A model generated the notes under the pieces. The model was not told the origin of the DNA. It was given only the letters and a program-made list of their open reading frames with translations, and did no database searches. From contig NC_090416.1 of the NCBI RefSeq assembly GCF_036365525.1, positions 14,852,945 through 14,916,944 on the forward strand: a stretch of 64,000 nucleotides of DNA, written 5' to 3'. Within the stretch, counting starts at the first letter, position 1; every line of letters starts with the position of its first letter. Shown piece after piece: positions 48,730 through 62,309 of this stretch. A program made the translations under genes and the position numbers. The DNA is from Heterodontus francisci (taxonomy: Eukaryota).

Positions 48730-50306
48730 TCATCTGCGACCCATCTTTTTTGATCTCTTTTCCAATGCAGCAAACTCCAGGGAGGCGTAGAGTGGTCCGC
48801 CCTGAGACTGGTAAATATATTACACATTAACATTCAAAGATAGTTCAAGACAGGTCAAACTATCCAGGTTTATCTGTGAAACCACCGTTGGCTTGGTCTT
48901 ATTCTAAATCTTTATAATAATTCCAGCGGCTAATTCATTTAATAGTTGGCCTTTTTTGTGAGACCAATAGACAGGAGCACGATTGAGAACATTTTGATGG
49001 CAGGAAATGTATTTATTTTATTCTTTAGCATTCCCGCCTTTGATATTCAATCCACCCCAACATTTCAATCCAATTTACCCGATTGTTGCTCATTGCGCCC
49101 CTTCTTTGCGTTCTCTCTCAAGCTAAAACTGTATGCATGCAAAACTATCAAACAAGTGTTGCTTTTTGTAAATTCTGGGTCACGTGCCATAAATATTGAG
49201 AAGTGAGTTGTGGAGTGGTCTTTGAATCAATCTTAAAAGAATGCGGAAAATATGAGCATATACCATTGGAATGGGTGTTGGGGTTTAACTGGGTTTGAGA
49301 TAGTATTAAATACAGTGAGACTGTTCATGATGAATTTTACAAATGGTTCAGTTACTCACTTTTCATTGTGATCTCTTCTGACTCGTTCTTCTGAAACAGT
49401 AAACTGTAATTAGCATTTCAAACTGTAAGAAGGGAATCACATTGAACAATTATTAAAATATCCCTGATAGACATGAATTCCTCACCTGAACTGCCTCTTT
49501 AATGAATCCAAATGGAAATGAGGATGAAGAGTAGAACGAGGATCACGGCGACAAGCCTTGTTCTGGACACAGAATAGGACCCAGTTATCTATTAGTTTGC
49601 ACCAAATGATAATGCTGTGCATTCTCTGGTTTCAATTTGTTCACTTTCCTAACTCCAACCGGTAGCGTGGGTCCATTCTGAAGCGGCGCATAACCATGCA
49701 TATGAGCACAGTAGTAGGACCCGGAGTCATTCACCTGGACATTGCGAATTTCCAGTATCAATTCATGCTTGCTGTTGCCTTTTTTAGAAACAAACTTACA
49801 ATCGGTCCAATCGCAGGGTGGGGTATCGATTAGTCTCGGGGCTTCACCCACAAGTTGCTTGGAATAGCTAGTCACCAATATCACTTGGCAAATTTGGTGA
49901 CAGGCTAGTTCCACCGTCTTGCCGACTTCAGCTGTCACTGTGAAGGGACTCTGAGACAGAAAGGGCCCGGATCCTGCAACTATAGAGATTATTGTAACAT
50001 TACAGCTGATTATTGAGAAATGGAAAGAAACCGCTTTGAAACACATCGCCTAGAATTGAAGAACAACCTCATTCTTGCTTTTACATCTTGTTGACTCTAT
50101 TTAATCTCCAATTTTCCTTTTCTTCGCTTTATAAGAGGAGCAGAAAGTAACTAATATTATCAGGTCCAATCCCTTTATCGGATAACTCGGTCACTTTTTC
50201 ACCTCAGTGAACACTGACTCTGGCTGATTCCACTTATGCATTCTCACTCACCGTAAACTCGGAGCACTTGGAAAATGAGCATCAGAGAAAAATCTTCTCT
50301 GAACAT
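48730..50306 (-). pseudogene. Type-A V-C1 receptor pseudogene
   Basis: Leader 50306-50252 intact; V exon 49973-49653 has a 6-nt deletion removing the core Trp (VTSYSKQ vs VTSYFWYKQ) and its donor is GT>TT; C1 exon deleted (its acceptor is fused to mid-TM at 49562-49486, with stops); cyt3 exon missing; last exon 48807-48730 SQGGPLYASLEF.. Confidence 0.88.
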
Positions 50307-50914
50307 CCTGAGGCCGGAGCCGGGGTGAGTTCTCCCCGTGCTCGCTCTCAACAGTCTGTTTGTGCAGGCGGAGTGGGCGCCGATTGACTTGACCCCAGTC
50401 ACAGTGAGTTGCGCCTCTTCAGATGCGGTGGAAGTATGACCAACTATGGAAAGTATAACACCATTTTGGGTGCAGTGTCCTGGTGGATCTCACATATCAT
50501 GCATTTGACCCACTGTGGTCAGCGCCTGCGCGTCACAACGGCCAAATGGCAGAATGGCTATAAATAGCTTTACTAGATTGTCCTCCAGACTTGGAGGCAG
50601 AAAGCTAATGGTGTGAATTTCGGCATTTATCATTCTGCTGAATATTATTTTTGCAGTTAATGCTTAATTCATTCTCGGGGGCCAGGCGGCGATGGCATTT
50701 ATTGCTCTTCACTAGTTATCCCTTGAGAAGGTGGTGATGAGCTGCCTTCGAGAAACATTCACAGTGCTGGTGCAGAGGGTGTTCCAGGATTTTGACCCAG
50801 GGACAGTGAATGGATGGCGATATATTTCCAAATCAGGATGGTGTGTGACTTGGAGGGGAACTTGGAGGGTGGTGTTCCCATGTCCTTCTAGGTGGAAGAG
50901 GTCGTGGGTTTGAA

Positions 50915-51130
50915 CATAGAACATAGAACAGTACAGCACAGTACAGGCCCTTCGGCCCACGATGTCGTGCCGAACCTTTAACCTACTCTAAGATCAAACT
51001 AACTACCTACCCTTCATTCTACTATCATCCATGTACCTATCCAAGAGTCGCTTAAATGCCCCGAATGTATCTGCTTCTACTACCACCGCTGGCAGCGCGT
51101 TCCACGCACCCACCACTCTCCGTGTAAAGA
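50915..51130 (-). mobile_element. Short CR1 3' end insertion
   Basis: FTRRVVGAWNALPAVVVEADTFGAFKRLLDRYM plus (TTCTATG)n tail; absent in the paralog near 20955. Confidence 0.85.
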
Positions 51131-51759
51131 GGTTTGGGAGGTGATAGCCAGGAGTACAGAATGTAATCCAATATAATCTATTCTGTAAAGAGGTTGTACA
51201 ACATCCTTGAAACAACCTGTTTGCACCGAGACTGGGAAATGATGGATGAAGCTGTGTGCGGGTTCATGTTGATTTTTAGTTACTGATCTGTTATTATCTG
51301 TAACACAAGGCACGCGGAGAATTAACGCGGAATTCTAATGGATTAAACAAATTGGTTCACTGCAGTCATCCAGAATCTGAATGAATGAATCTCTTTTAAA
51401 TTCAGATTGACCATTTAATCTTTCCGTTCATCGCCCTCCTTTCTGTTTAGTCTCATTGATCGAGTTTCCACAGTTTAAATCCATGGTACAAAACGCCAGT
51501 GGGGTTCACCTGTACTAAATATTCTGAATACATTGTATTCTATTTACCACTGATTTGTTTGATCGACTGGGAAAAGACAATTTCAAACAGCGATTGCAAT
51601 GTTGCACAGTGTATTTTAATCTCGGTCTTTACAACTGTTCACTGGAAATTTCACTGCACAGTTATGAGTTGTTCGCAATAAACGTTCAAGACATTTGATG
51701 TTACAGTGTAAAAACAAGAACAACAACAACTTATATTTAGAAAGATCGGATAATATTTT

Positions 51760-52380
51760 ACAGCACAGAAACACATTATTCGGCCCATCTGCTCCGTGCT
51801 GGTGTTTCAGCTCCACACGAGACTCCTCCCACCCCCTTTCCACATTATCAGCATATTCTTCTATTCCTTTCACCCTCACGTGTTTATCCAGTTTCCCTTA
51901 AAATACATCTCTACTATTCTCCTCAACCACTCCCTGTGGTAGCGAGTTCCACATTCTCACCACTCTCTGGATAATGAAGTTTCTCCTGAATTCCCGATTG
52001 GATTTATGAGTGACTATCTTAGTTTGATGGCCCCTAGTTCTGGTCTCCTCCCACACGTGGAAGCATCTTCTCGACGTCTACCCTATCTAAATCCTTTCAT
52101 TATTTTTAACACCTCTGTCAGGTCACCCTTATCCTACTCGTTTCTAGAGAAAAGTGCTCCAGCCTGTTCCATGTTTCCTGATAATTGTAACTTCTCAGTT
52201 CTGCTATCATTCTAGTAAAACTTGTGTGTTCCTTCTCCAGTGCCTCAATATCATTATTTATAATATTGGAATCAGAACTGTGCTCAGTAAATCAACGTGT
52301 GGTCGAAGCACGGTTCTATATAAGAACATTACTTCTCTGCTTTTCAATGATATTCCTCTGGAAGTGAACCCCAGGGCTTT
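51760..52380 (-). mobile_element. CR1 3' fragment
   Basis: Paralog of 21560-22180. Confidence 0.75.
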
Positions 52381-53654
52381 GTTTGCACTTCTTCCAGTAA
52401 AGATCATATGCAATTACATCAAAGGGGGTTTGCTTTAGAATTATTTAAAGCGAGTGAATGAACCAGGCGTTTGATCAGCAGCAACAACAGGCCAGCACCT
52501 GAGGCCTATCTTTACCGGGCTTGTATTTAGACCCTGGACCGAGATCACACTCCACATTTCGTGGTTGGATGAGTGAGGTCACTGTAAAATAACCCAGACA
52601 GAATCGTGTCACACCATCCAGCCTGGCTGAGGCTTAGTCACTCCCCAGCATTTCTTTTAACTGGAATGGGACCATTTTATTCCTCAGATTTGCATTGTGC
52701 CTTCCTGAACATTTAATCTGAAAGCGTTTCTTCAGGAGGAAATAACAGTTCACATTTTTTAAAAAGGCGCCACAACAATGAAGCTTTTCTAAACACCGAG
52801 TACATGAGGGAAATGTTACTCACTGCAGAATCGTGAATAAAGTTTTCATCTGGTCACTTGCCAGCGAAATGGTAGAGGCTTTCCCAAAGAGCCAGTTTTC
52901 GACGGAATTGAAAATAATTATCTGGGTAAATTCAGCACAAACTCGAGAGAGGAAATCTCCGAGAATCTGCATTGAGAAAATCCTTTAGAGGAGTGAAACC
53001 GAGGGACGGTGGGTGAAAAGTTTATATGAATTTGATATAAACAAACACTTCTCCTTATCTCTTGATGAAAGCAAGAGTCTAGTAGTTTATTGTTCATTGT
53101 CGGGATGTGATCGTCGACGGCTGGGCCAACATTCATTGTCCATCGTTAATTGCCCATGAGAAAGTGCTGGTGAGCTGCCTTCATGAACCACTGAGTTTTT
53201 TGGGGCGTAGGTACACCCACAGTGCTGTTAGGAAGGGACTTGCAGGGTTTTAACCCAGTGGCAGTGAAGGAATGGCTGATACGTTTCCAATTCGAACTGG
53301 TGTGTGACTTGGAGGGGAACTTGTCGGTGGTAATGTAGCAATGCACCCACTGCCCTTATCCTTCCAGTTGGTGGAAACCTGGGCGAGTTGTTGCAATGTT
53401 GCTTGTATCTGGACAGTACGCACGGCAGTCCCAGTGTTGGTGATGGAGGTAATGGATCTTTAGTGAATAATACTGAGGATCAGTTATTCCTATTCAAACA
53501 CCGGGCATTGCAGCTAAACAGGGCGCCATGTCACATTGAAAAGGACACTGTAAATGATGTTATTGTACACTAGTCTGCTCTCTGAACCTGGGTGGTAAAC
53601 TCTCTTCTGTGTGTGGTTTAACATTGAGTCTCGCTGTTTGACCTTTGCAGGCAG

Positions 53655-55955
53655 TTGTGTACGTGAGCGCTGGACCTGTAAAAACAGGAAAACCACAGAC
53701 AGCTTCCACCTCGGACATTATTTTCCAGCTCAAGCGCAGGTTGCTAAGAAATTGGGCCAGCGATTTCCACCACTCGCTGAAATTTGCATATCTCGTTGAA
53801 GGCCGCCCAACAGAATGGGTCTTTGTGAGGTTCACAGCAAGCACCTCGGTCACAGGCAATGCGCCTCTTTGCTGCCAGCACCCTCTCTGTTTCAAGGTAG
53901 CTGACTCGCTTCTTTGACATTTAAGGTCAAACATTTCTGCAATAACATTTCAGACGTTCAGTAAGTTACAACATTGTCCGCTCAATTCAGAACCAGTTCT
54001 ACCAGTAATTAATTATACCAGGTGCTTAAAGCATAGATTCAAGTAACTTGCAATTCCCCCCCCCAATTTCCAGCATCTGGCATCATCGTTCAGAAGATGT
54101 CAAGCCTTGACATGGGTTCCACAGGAGTCTTCCAGAGAATTACAGAGAATTTATAACACGAGTTTGATGCTCCGATTTTTCTAACTGGATCAAGTTTTCC
54201 CGTCAGAGAATCTCAGAAAAGAGTGGTTTGACCGAGCAGCAGTTGCTCAGTGTTGTCGGATGGTGCATTCTGACTCTTCCCGTCGCCATAACCATCGTGG
54301 TGATCCTGATTCTACTCTTGATCCTCATTTCCATTTAGATTCAGAAAAGCTGCAGTTCAGGTGAGAATTAATGTTTATCCGGGACATTTTAATAATCATT
54401 ACCAGTCTTACTGTATTTAACACTGTGTCAAACCCAGTTAAACCCCAACGTACATTCCAATGGTGGAGATATTTTATGATTTTCCACGTTCTTTTAAGAT
54501 TGATCCTAAGACCACAGCACAATTCCCAATTCAATATTTATGGCAGATGACAAAGGATTGATATTTTTGTCTCCATGAAGTTTCAGCATGAAAGGAATGT
54601 TTCGTCCCGGTAACTCAGAGCAGCGGGAGTCTATAATCAGCATCTTAATTCTTATCCAATCCTCATTATCTCTGCAACGGAAACAGAACGAATCCATCAG
54701 CCACACTGGTATCTAATAATAGGAAAGTTAAGGTTTCGGGAACAATGCCTTCAACAGGCACTGAACCACAGTGTAATCCCAGCAGTTAATGTTTTTATTA
54801 GAGATATCCATATTTTGCAGTTTTTTAAAATCTTTACTGATAGTCGCAATTTCCCCAGTGGGGATCCTGCTTTTAATACTTTAGCCTCAAGAATTATTAA
54901 GGAACTGCAGAAATAAGACATTCTTGGATAATTGTGAAGAGAATTCCAAGTACGTTCCCAAATGGTTTCCGTGATGAAACGTTATTCAAATTTAGGTATG
55001 TGGTTATGTGTGTGCTTGTTTGTGTTCATGCATGTGCACATCTGTGTGTGTATCTGTGTGAGTGTGTGTATCTGTGTGTGTGTGTGTATAGCCTCTATTT
55101 ATTCTTGGGATATGGGCGTCGCTGGCAAGACCAGCACTTATTGCCCATCCCTAATTGCCCTTGAGATGTTGGTACTGAGCCACCTCCTTGAACTACTGCA
55201 GTCCATGTGGTTACACCCACCGTGCTGTCAGGGAGGGAGTTCCAGTGTTTTGACCCAGCCACAGTGAAGGAAGATTTCCAAGGCAGGTTGGTGTGTGACT
55301 TGGAGGGGAACTTGCAGGTGGTGGTGTTCACCTACGTTTGCTGCTCTTGTCCTTCTACGCGTGCTTGCATGTGTTTATGTTTGTGTGTGTTGCATATCTC
55401 TGTGTACCTGTGTCTGTGCCATAACCAGAAGCTGTCCCGATACGTCTACAGCACTAAGCAGCGAACTTCATATCTCTTCCCACCAAACAACGTTTCCAAT
55501 AATGCTCCAGACACACGAACACTTCTGGATTGCCGCTAGGGTAGCCATAGACCCAGTTTCTATTCTCTGTCACCAGTATCCTGGGTCCATCATCAGGAAT
55601 TCTTCTGCTTGATCCTGGAACCACTTACGCTGGCACATGATGTTGGATGAAATGTCTGGATTGGTTGGACGTATATACCAATCAAACAGTCCTGTTGCCT
55701 GAGTCGAGATTTTGATTTCAAAAGGAATCTATATTGGGTTTTGATTTGAAGCATTTTATGAGTTATATTCGTCTCCTGTTGACTATAAACAGTAAGATTC
55801 GTGCTTTATGGCGAACCAGTGAACTGATATAAACACGATTTAACTATCTATATATTTCCCTGTCTTGACATCTTTTCCAGACTCAGGACAGCCCACGTGA
55901 CCAGACTCTTTACACAGGCTTGGATTTTTTTGCATTGAAACTGTCAGCCATATGA
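53655..55955 (+). pseudogene. Chimeric receptor relic 2: B-type promoter/leader plus A-type TM/tail, no V/C1
   Basis: ETS-RUNX 53685-53697; leader relic 53859-53896 (ATGCGCCTCTTTGCT..CAAG|gtag); TM relic ~54258-54360 GWCILTLPVAITIVVILILLLILISI*; terminal exon 55881-55955 TQDSPRDQTLYTGLDFFALKLSAI*. Confidence 0.68.
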
Positions 55956-56513
55956 AGGCAGGAGGGAGACGAGAACTCAAACAGTTTCCATCAGATTTAC
56001 TGGCGAAACAGTAATTCAACTTGCGATGTTAAACAACGGAGACTCTCAACACACACCTGAACTATCTTAAACTAAGGTGGTTAAGATGATCGAAAGATTT
56101 GACAGCGTAGATAGAGAGAAACAATTTGCTGATGTTGGGTGGAGTCCAGAACAAAGGGGCAGAACATTAAATTTCGAGACTGGCCGTTCAGGGGTGATGT
56201 CAGGAAGCACTTCTTCACACAAAGGGGGGAGGAAATCTGGAACTCTGTCCCCCAAAAAGCTGTTGAGGCCTGGGCTCTATCTCGTGTTTCCATTCAGTGC
56301 CTATTAAACCCAAGGCCCACATCTGGTTTCACTGTGCATTCCTTCAACAGCGCTTAAAATTTGGCAATCTTTTTACCTTAGACTAATTAACTAAACAGCA
56401 CTAATTGATTAACCAGATATTAAATGTACTTAATTCTTGAGCGATTTTGTTTTGGCCCGCTATATTTCTAATATGAATGCTTGCGGAACCGTGTCCTTTC
56501 CCAGAGCCTAGTA

Positions 56514-59500
56514 CAGTCATAGAGTCATAGAGATTCACTGCACAGAAACAGGCCCGTTGGCCCAACGCGCCTGCGCCGACCATCAAGCACCCTACAATCT
56601 AATCCCATTTCCAGCACTTGGCCCGTAGCCTTTTATGCTATGGCGTTTCAAGTGCTCATCTAAATACTTCTTAAATGTTGTGAGGGTTCCTGCCTCTACC
56701 TCCACTTCAGGCAGTGTGTTCCAGATTCCAACCACCCTCTGGGTGAATTTGTTTCTGCTCAACTCCCCTCTAAACCTCCTGTCCCTTAACTTAAGTCTAT
56801 GCCCCCTGGTTACTGACCCCTCCACTAAGGGAAAAAGTTCCTTCCTTTCTATCCTATCAATGCCCCTCATAATTTTGTATACCTTAATCAGGTCCCCTCT
56901 CAGCCTTCTCCACTCCAAGGAAAATAACTCTAGCCTATTCAGTCTCTCTTCAAAACTGAAATACTCCATCCAAGGCAACATCCTGGTGAATCTCCTCTGC
57001 ATCCTCTCCAGTGCAATCACATCCTTCCGATAGTGTGGTGACCAGAACTGCACACAGTACTCCAGCTGTGGCCTAACCAGCGTTTTATACGGCTCCAATA
57101 TAACCTCCCTGCTCTTATATTCAATGCCTCGGCTAATAAAGGCAAGTATCCTGTATGTCTTCCTAACCACCTTATCAACCTGTGTTGCCCACTTCAGTGA
57201 ACTATGAACAAGCACACCGAAGTTCCTCTGACCCTCTGTACTCCCTAGGGTCCTACCATCCATTGTATATGCCCTTGCCTTGTTAGTCCTACCAAAGTGC
57301 ATCATCTCACACTTCTCAGGATTAAACTCCATTTGCCACTGCTCTGCCCATCTTACCAACCCATCTATATCGTCCTGTAATCTAAGGCTTTCCTCCTCAC
57401 CATTTATGACACTACAAATTTTCATGTCATCTGCGAACTTACTGATCATACCAACTATATACACGTCTAAATCATTAATATACGCTACACACAGTAAGGG
57501 TCCCAGCACAGAACCCTGTAGTACCCCTCTGGTCACAGTCCTCCAGCAACCCTCGACCATTACCTTCTGCCTCCTGCCACTGAGCCAATTGTGGATCCAA
57601 GTTGCCAAATTACCCTGGATCCTATTGGCTCTTACCTTCTTAACCAAGCTCCCATGTGGGACTTTATCAAAAGCCTTACTGAAGTCCATGTAGACCACAT
57701 CAACTGCTTTACACTCACCTACACATCTACACCTCCTCTAAATATTCAGTCAAATTTGTTAGACACGATCTACCCTGACAAAGCCATGCTGACTATCCTT
57801 GATTAATTCCTGCCTCTCCAAGTGGAGATTAATCCTGTCTCTCAGAATTTTTCCAATAGTTTCCCTACCACTGACGTTCGACTCACAGGTCTATAATTAC
57901 CTGCTCTGGTACCTCTCCTATGTCCAGAGAGGATTTGAAATTTGTGTCAGAGCCCCTGCTATCTCCTCGTTTGCCTCACATAGCAGCCTAGGACACATAT
58001 AATCTGGGCCTGGGGATTTATCCACCTTTAAGCCCGCTAGTGTAGCTAATATTGCTCCTTTTCAATGCTGATTTGATCAAGTATATCACAATCTCCCTCC
58101 CTGATCACTACACTTACATTATCCCTTTCCATAGTGAACACAGATGAAAAGTAATCATTCAAAAACTCACCTATGTCCTGCAGCTCCACCCACAGATTGC
58201 CTCTTTAATCGGTAATGGGCCCCACTTTTCCCCTAATCATCCTCTTTCCCTTAACATACTTTTGATTTTCCTTTGTCTTGGCTGCCAGTGTTTTTTCATG
58301 TCCCCTCTTCGCTGTCTTAATGACTTTTTTAAGTACACCCCTACACTTTCTATACTACTCTAGGGCCTCCGCTGTTTTCAGCGCTCTGAATCTGCCATAA
58401 GCCTCCTTTTTTCTTTATCCAATCCTCTATATCCCTTGACATCCTGGGTTCCCTTGATTTGTCGGTCCGACCTTCACCTTTACGGGAACATGTTGGACCT
58501 GAACACTCACTATTTCCTTTCTGAATGACTACCACTGGTCTGATGTAAACTTTCCTATAAGAAGTGGCTCCCTGTTCACTTTGGCCAGATCCTGTTTTAT
58601 CATATTGAAATCTGCCTTCCCCCAATTCACTACTTTTACTTCCAGTCCCTCTATGTCCTTTTTCATAACTACCTTTAATCTTACAGAATTATGGTCACTT
58701 TCCCCAAAATGCTTCCCCACTGCCACTTCAGCCACTTGTCCGGCTTCATTGCCTAGGATTAATCCGGTACCGCTTCTCCTCTTGTAGGACTCCCTACGTC
58801 CTGACTCAAAAAGCTCTCCAGCATGCACTTCAAAAATTCTGCCCCCTTTAAGTTTTTTGCACTAATAATATCCCCTCTAATATATAGGAAGTTGAAATCT
58901 CTAACTATTATTACCCTGTTATGTATGCACTTCTCTGAAATTTGCCTACATACCTCTCCTCTAGCTCTCCCTGACTGTTTGGAGGCCTGCAGTACACTCC
59001 CAGCCAAGAGATTGCCCCCTTTTTGTTTTTAAGTTCTACCCATATGGCCTCATTAGAGTAACCTTCTAAAATAGCATCCCTCCTTACTGCAGTAATTGAC
59101 TCCTTAATCAACACTGCAATGCCACCTCCTCTTTTACCCCCTCCCCTATCACATCTGAAGATTCTATACCCTGGGATATTAAACTGCCAGTCCTGCCCTT
59201 CGCTCAACCATGTCTCAGTGATAGCAATAACATCATAATCCCATGTGTTAATCAACGTCCTCAATTCATCTACTTTACTAGTAAGACTTCTTGCAATAAA
59301 ATAGATACAATCCAGACTAGCATTATTTGTTTGAGCTGTAACAGGTCTACATTGACTCTGCCCTCCAGACTGACTTCGCTTCTCTTCTATATTTGAATGT
59401 ACATCATCCCTTACTGTGCTTCCATTCTGCATCCCATCCCCCTGCCAAATTAGTTTAACCCCCCGCCCCCCGCATCCCAACAGCACCAGCAAACCTCCGA

Positions 59501-60636
59501 GCAAGGATGCTGGTCCCGTTGTGGTTCAGGTGCAACCCGTCCATCTTATACAGTTCCCACCTTCTCCAGAAACAGGCCCAGTGATCCGGGAAACTAAAGC
59601 CCTCCCTCCTGCACAATCTCTTCAACCATACATTCATCTTCTCTAACCCCCTATTCATATACTGACGAGCATGTGGCACTGGAAGAAACCCAGAGATTAC
59701 AATCTTTGAGGTCCTAGTTTTTAATCTGCTGCCTAGCTCCCCAAATTCTTTTTGCAGGACGTCATCCCTCTTTCTACCTATGTCATTGGTACTAACGTGG
59801 ACCACGACCTCCGGATGTGCTTCCTCAGCTTGCATGACCCTTGCACCTGGGAGGCAACATACCATCCTGGAATCATGCCTCCGAGCACAGAAACGCCTAT
59901 CTGTTCCTCTAACCACAGAATCCCTTATCACTATTGCCCTCTTTTCCTTTTTTTTTACTTCCTAGCACAGTTGAGTCACCCATGATATTCTGGTTATGAC
60001 TCTCGGTGCATTTTCCAGAGGAACCCTCTTTCCCATCAGTACCCAGAACTGAATACTGGTTAGAAAGTGGGATGTCCTCTGGGGACTTCTGCACTATTTG
60101 CCCTGACTTCCTTGTTCGTCCGGCAGTCACCCAGTCACGCACCCTCCCCCCCACCCCCGCCCCCCCGACTGTGTTTGCCTAGGCACCACCTTGAATACCT
60201 CCTGAAACGTACCATCCACGTAGACTTCCACCTCACGGATTGCCACAGTGACTGCAGCTGCCGCTCGAGCTCAGAAACCCGAAGCTCAACCTTCTGCCAC
60301 CGGAGACACTTTCCGCAGACGTGTTCGCCAAGGTCATATGGCATGTCCACGACTTCCCCCCACATTGCACAGGAGGCACATTCTGCTTGGCCAAGCTACT
60401 CTGCCATTATTTAACTTTGTAATGAAAACTTGCTGGCTAAAATAACCTACCAGCTATTTACGATCCGCTTTTATCCCCTGTACCTTTGAGGCTGAGAAAG
60501 AAAAAGGATCAAAGAGCACCTTCCACCGCCCCCAGCTAGCAAAAATATCCACACTTAACTTACAGCCTCCACTCCCTGCAAACAGCACTAGTATAGCTAG
60601 TAAATACTAATAATTTGCAGGCAGCTATCCTAGTGA
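56514..60636 (-). mobile_element. Near-full-length CR1 LINE (5' UTR, ORF1 with Cys-finger and SGNH-esterase-like domain, ORF2 EN+RT)
   Basis: ORF1: C.SC.MW..CGKC, DSVVRG..CLPGARV..HVSTNDI..DGLHLN; ORF2 endonuclease AITETWL/YCRPP; 368-aa open RT C-terminal ORF 57698-56592; absent at the paralogous site near 27912. Confidence 0.95.
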
Positions 60637-60759
60637 GTAGTGAGGTACACTGCAATAGGATTTAAAAATACTGCGCATTTAGGTGTTAGCAGTGGCTCAG
60701 TTGTCACTTGAGTCAGAAGATTGTGGGTTCCAGGCCCAGTCCAGATCTCAGAACGTCAC

Positions 60760-61112
60760 AAATTGCTTTACATCCCATGAATTACTTGGGAAGTGTAGCC
60801 ACGCTTGTAATGTCGGAGACCCTGCAGTCAGATTGCGCGCAGCAAGCTCCCACAAGCAGCAATGGGCTAATTACCAGATAATCTGCTTTCGTGATTTTGG
60901 TTGATGGACAAACGTTGAGCAGGGCAACCCTGTTCTTCTTCAAAAGAGCGCCGGCGATATTTTACGGCTGATGGGGCTCAGATTAACGTTTCATCCTAAA
61001 GCCGACACCTCCGACAGTGCCGCATTCCCTCAGTACTGCACTGGGAGTGTTGTCTGTATTTTGTGCTCAATCCTTCGGGTTGCGGCCCGAACCCACAAGC
61101 TTCTGACTCAGA
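60760..61112 (-). mobile_element. Deu-domain SINE
   Basis: Paralog of 28030-28395. Confidence 0.6.
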
Positions 61113-62309
61113 GGTGAACAAAGGAGGTTGTTATATTCTCTAACTGCTGAACTGAACACTCTCCGAACAGAATTGTCAACCACGAGGCCAAATAAGGACA
61201 GAAAATCCTCCACTGAACCAACCGACATCTGGCCATCCCTGGGAAGACGTGAACACCTTGGATGAACGCTGGGAGAAGTTTATCAAACGTTGTTCTTGTG
61301 AATTAAATCCAATCCACAGTAAAACAGTGCAGACAGTATCTGTACATGTGTGTTTCAACATAACATACACCTTGCGGTTTCGAGTTGCACATACGTATGC
61401 TGTTCCAGAATGAAATGAATTCTAGTGCTGCACATTATAGTACATAGACACTTACACGCATTAAATTGCATTTGGCATTGATTTGCCTATTTCACTAGTC
61501 TACATATCTCATCCTGTGACTGCTACTAATATTCTCACTATTTGTTACATTACCATGTGTTGTATCATTCGTAAACATCGAAATTGTACTCCCTCTCGCA
61601 AAGACATATATATATATTCCTAATCCGATGCCCTGGAGGACCCCACTGCATACTTCCCTCCAGTCATAAAAACATCTGTTCATCACTACTCTCTGCCTCC
61701 TATCCCTTAGCAAATTTCGTGTCCAGGTTACCAGCGTACATTTAATACCACGTGCTTCTATTTGCTGAATAAATCTGTTATGAGGTCCTTTGTCGAATGC
61801 ATAATATACATGCTTAAATTTGGTACCTAATTAATTAATTCGATAATTATATGATGTGAACATTTTACAGGTCTCTGAGGAAAGGGGAGTGGGACTAGCT
61901 GGGTATCTCTGACACAAACCGAGCCCGGACACGATGGGCTGAATGACCTCCTTCTGTGCTGTAACCATTCGATGAGCCAGTAACATCCAAAGCAGGGCCT
62001 TCATCAAACATTTTGTAGTTCATTCAGAAACACACATTTTAACAAATGAAAGGGAGTCCCAACACCAGAGTCATTTGCTGGCCACGTGGCTGCGAGTGTG
62101 GGAGGCAGGACATCTGTGGCGATCTTCCGCTATGCGAGAAATTCGCACCCGGTCGGCGGGGGAGCCGGCCAATAACTGATGGGTTGCCAGAGCTAGTCCC
62201 AGCAGGGAGGTTAATGGTGCCATTTGTAAAGGCCAGTATGCAGCCTTAATATTCGATGCACACAGAGAAGGCAGGGGAAGGGGTCTACCAGAAGGGAACT
62301 TGTTCTGGA

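Noticed and set aside
56592-57698. 368-aa ORF as a host gene
   Set aside because: It is the RT C-terminal part of a CR1 element whose upstream ORF2 is frameshifted.
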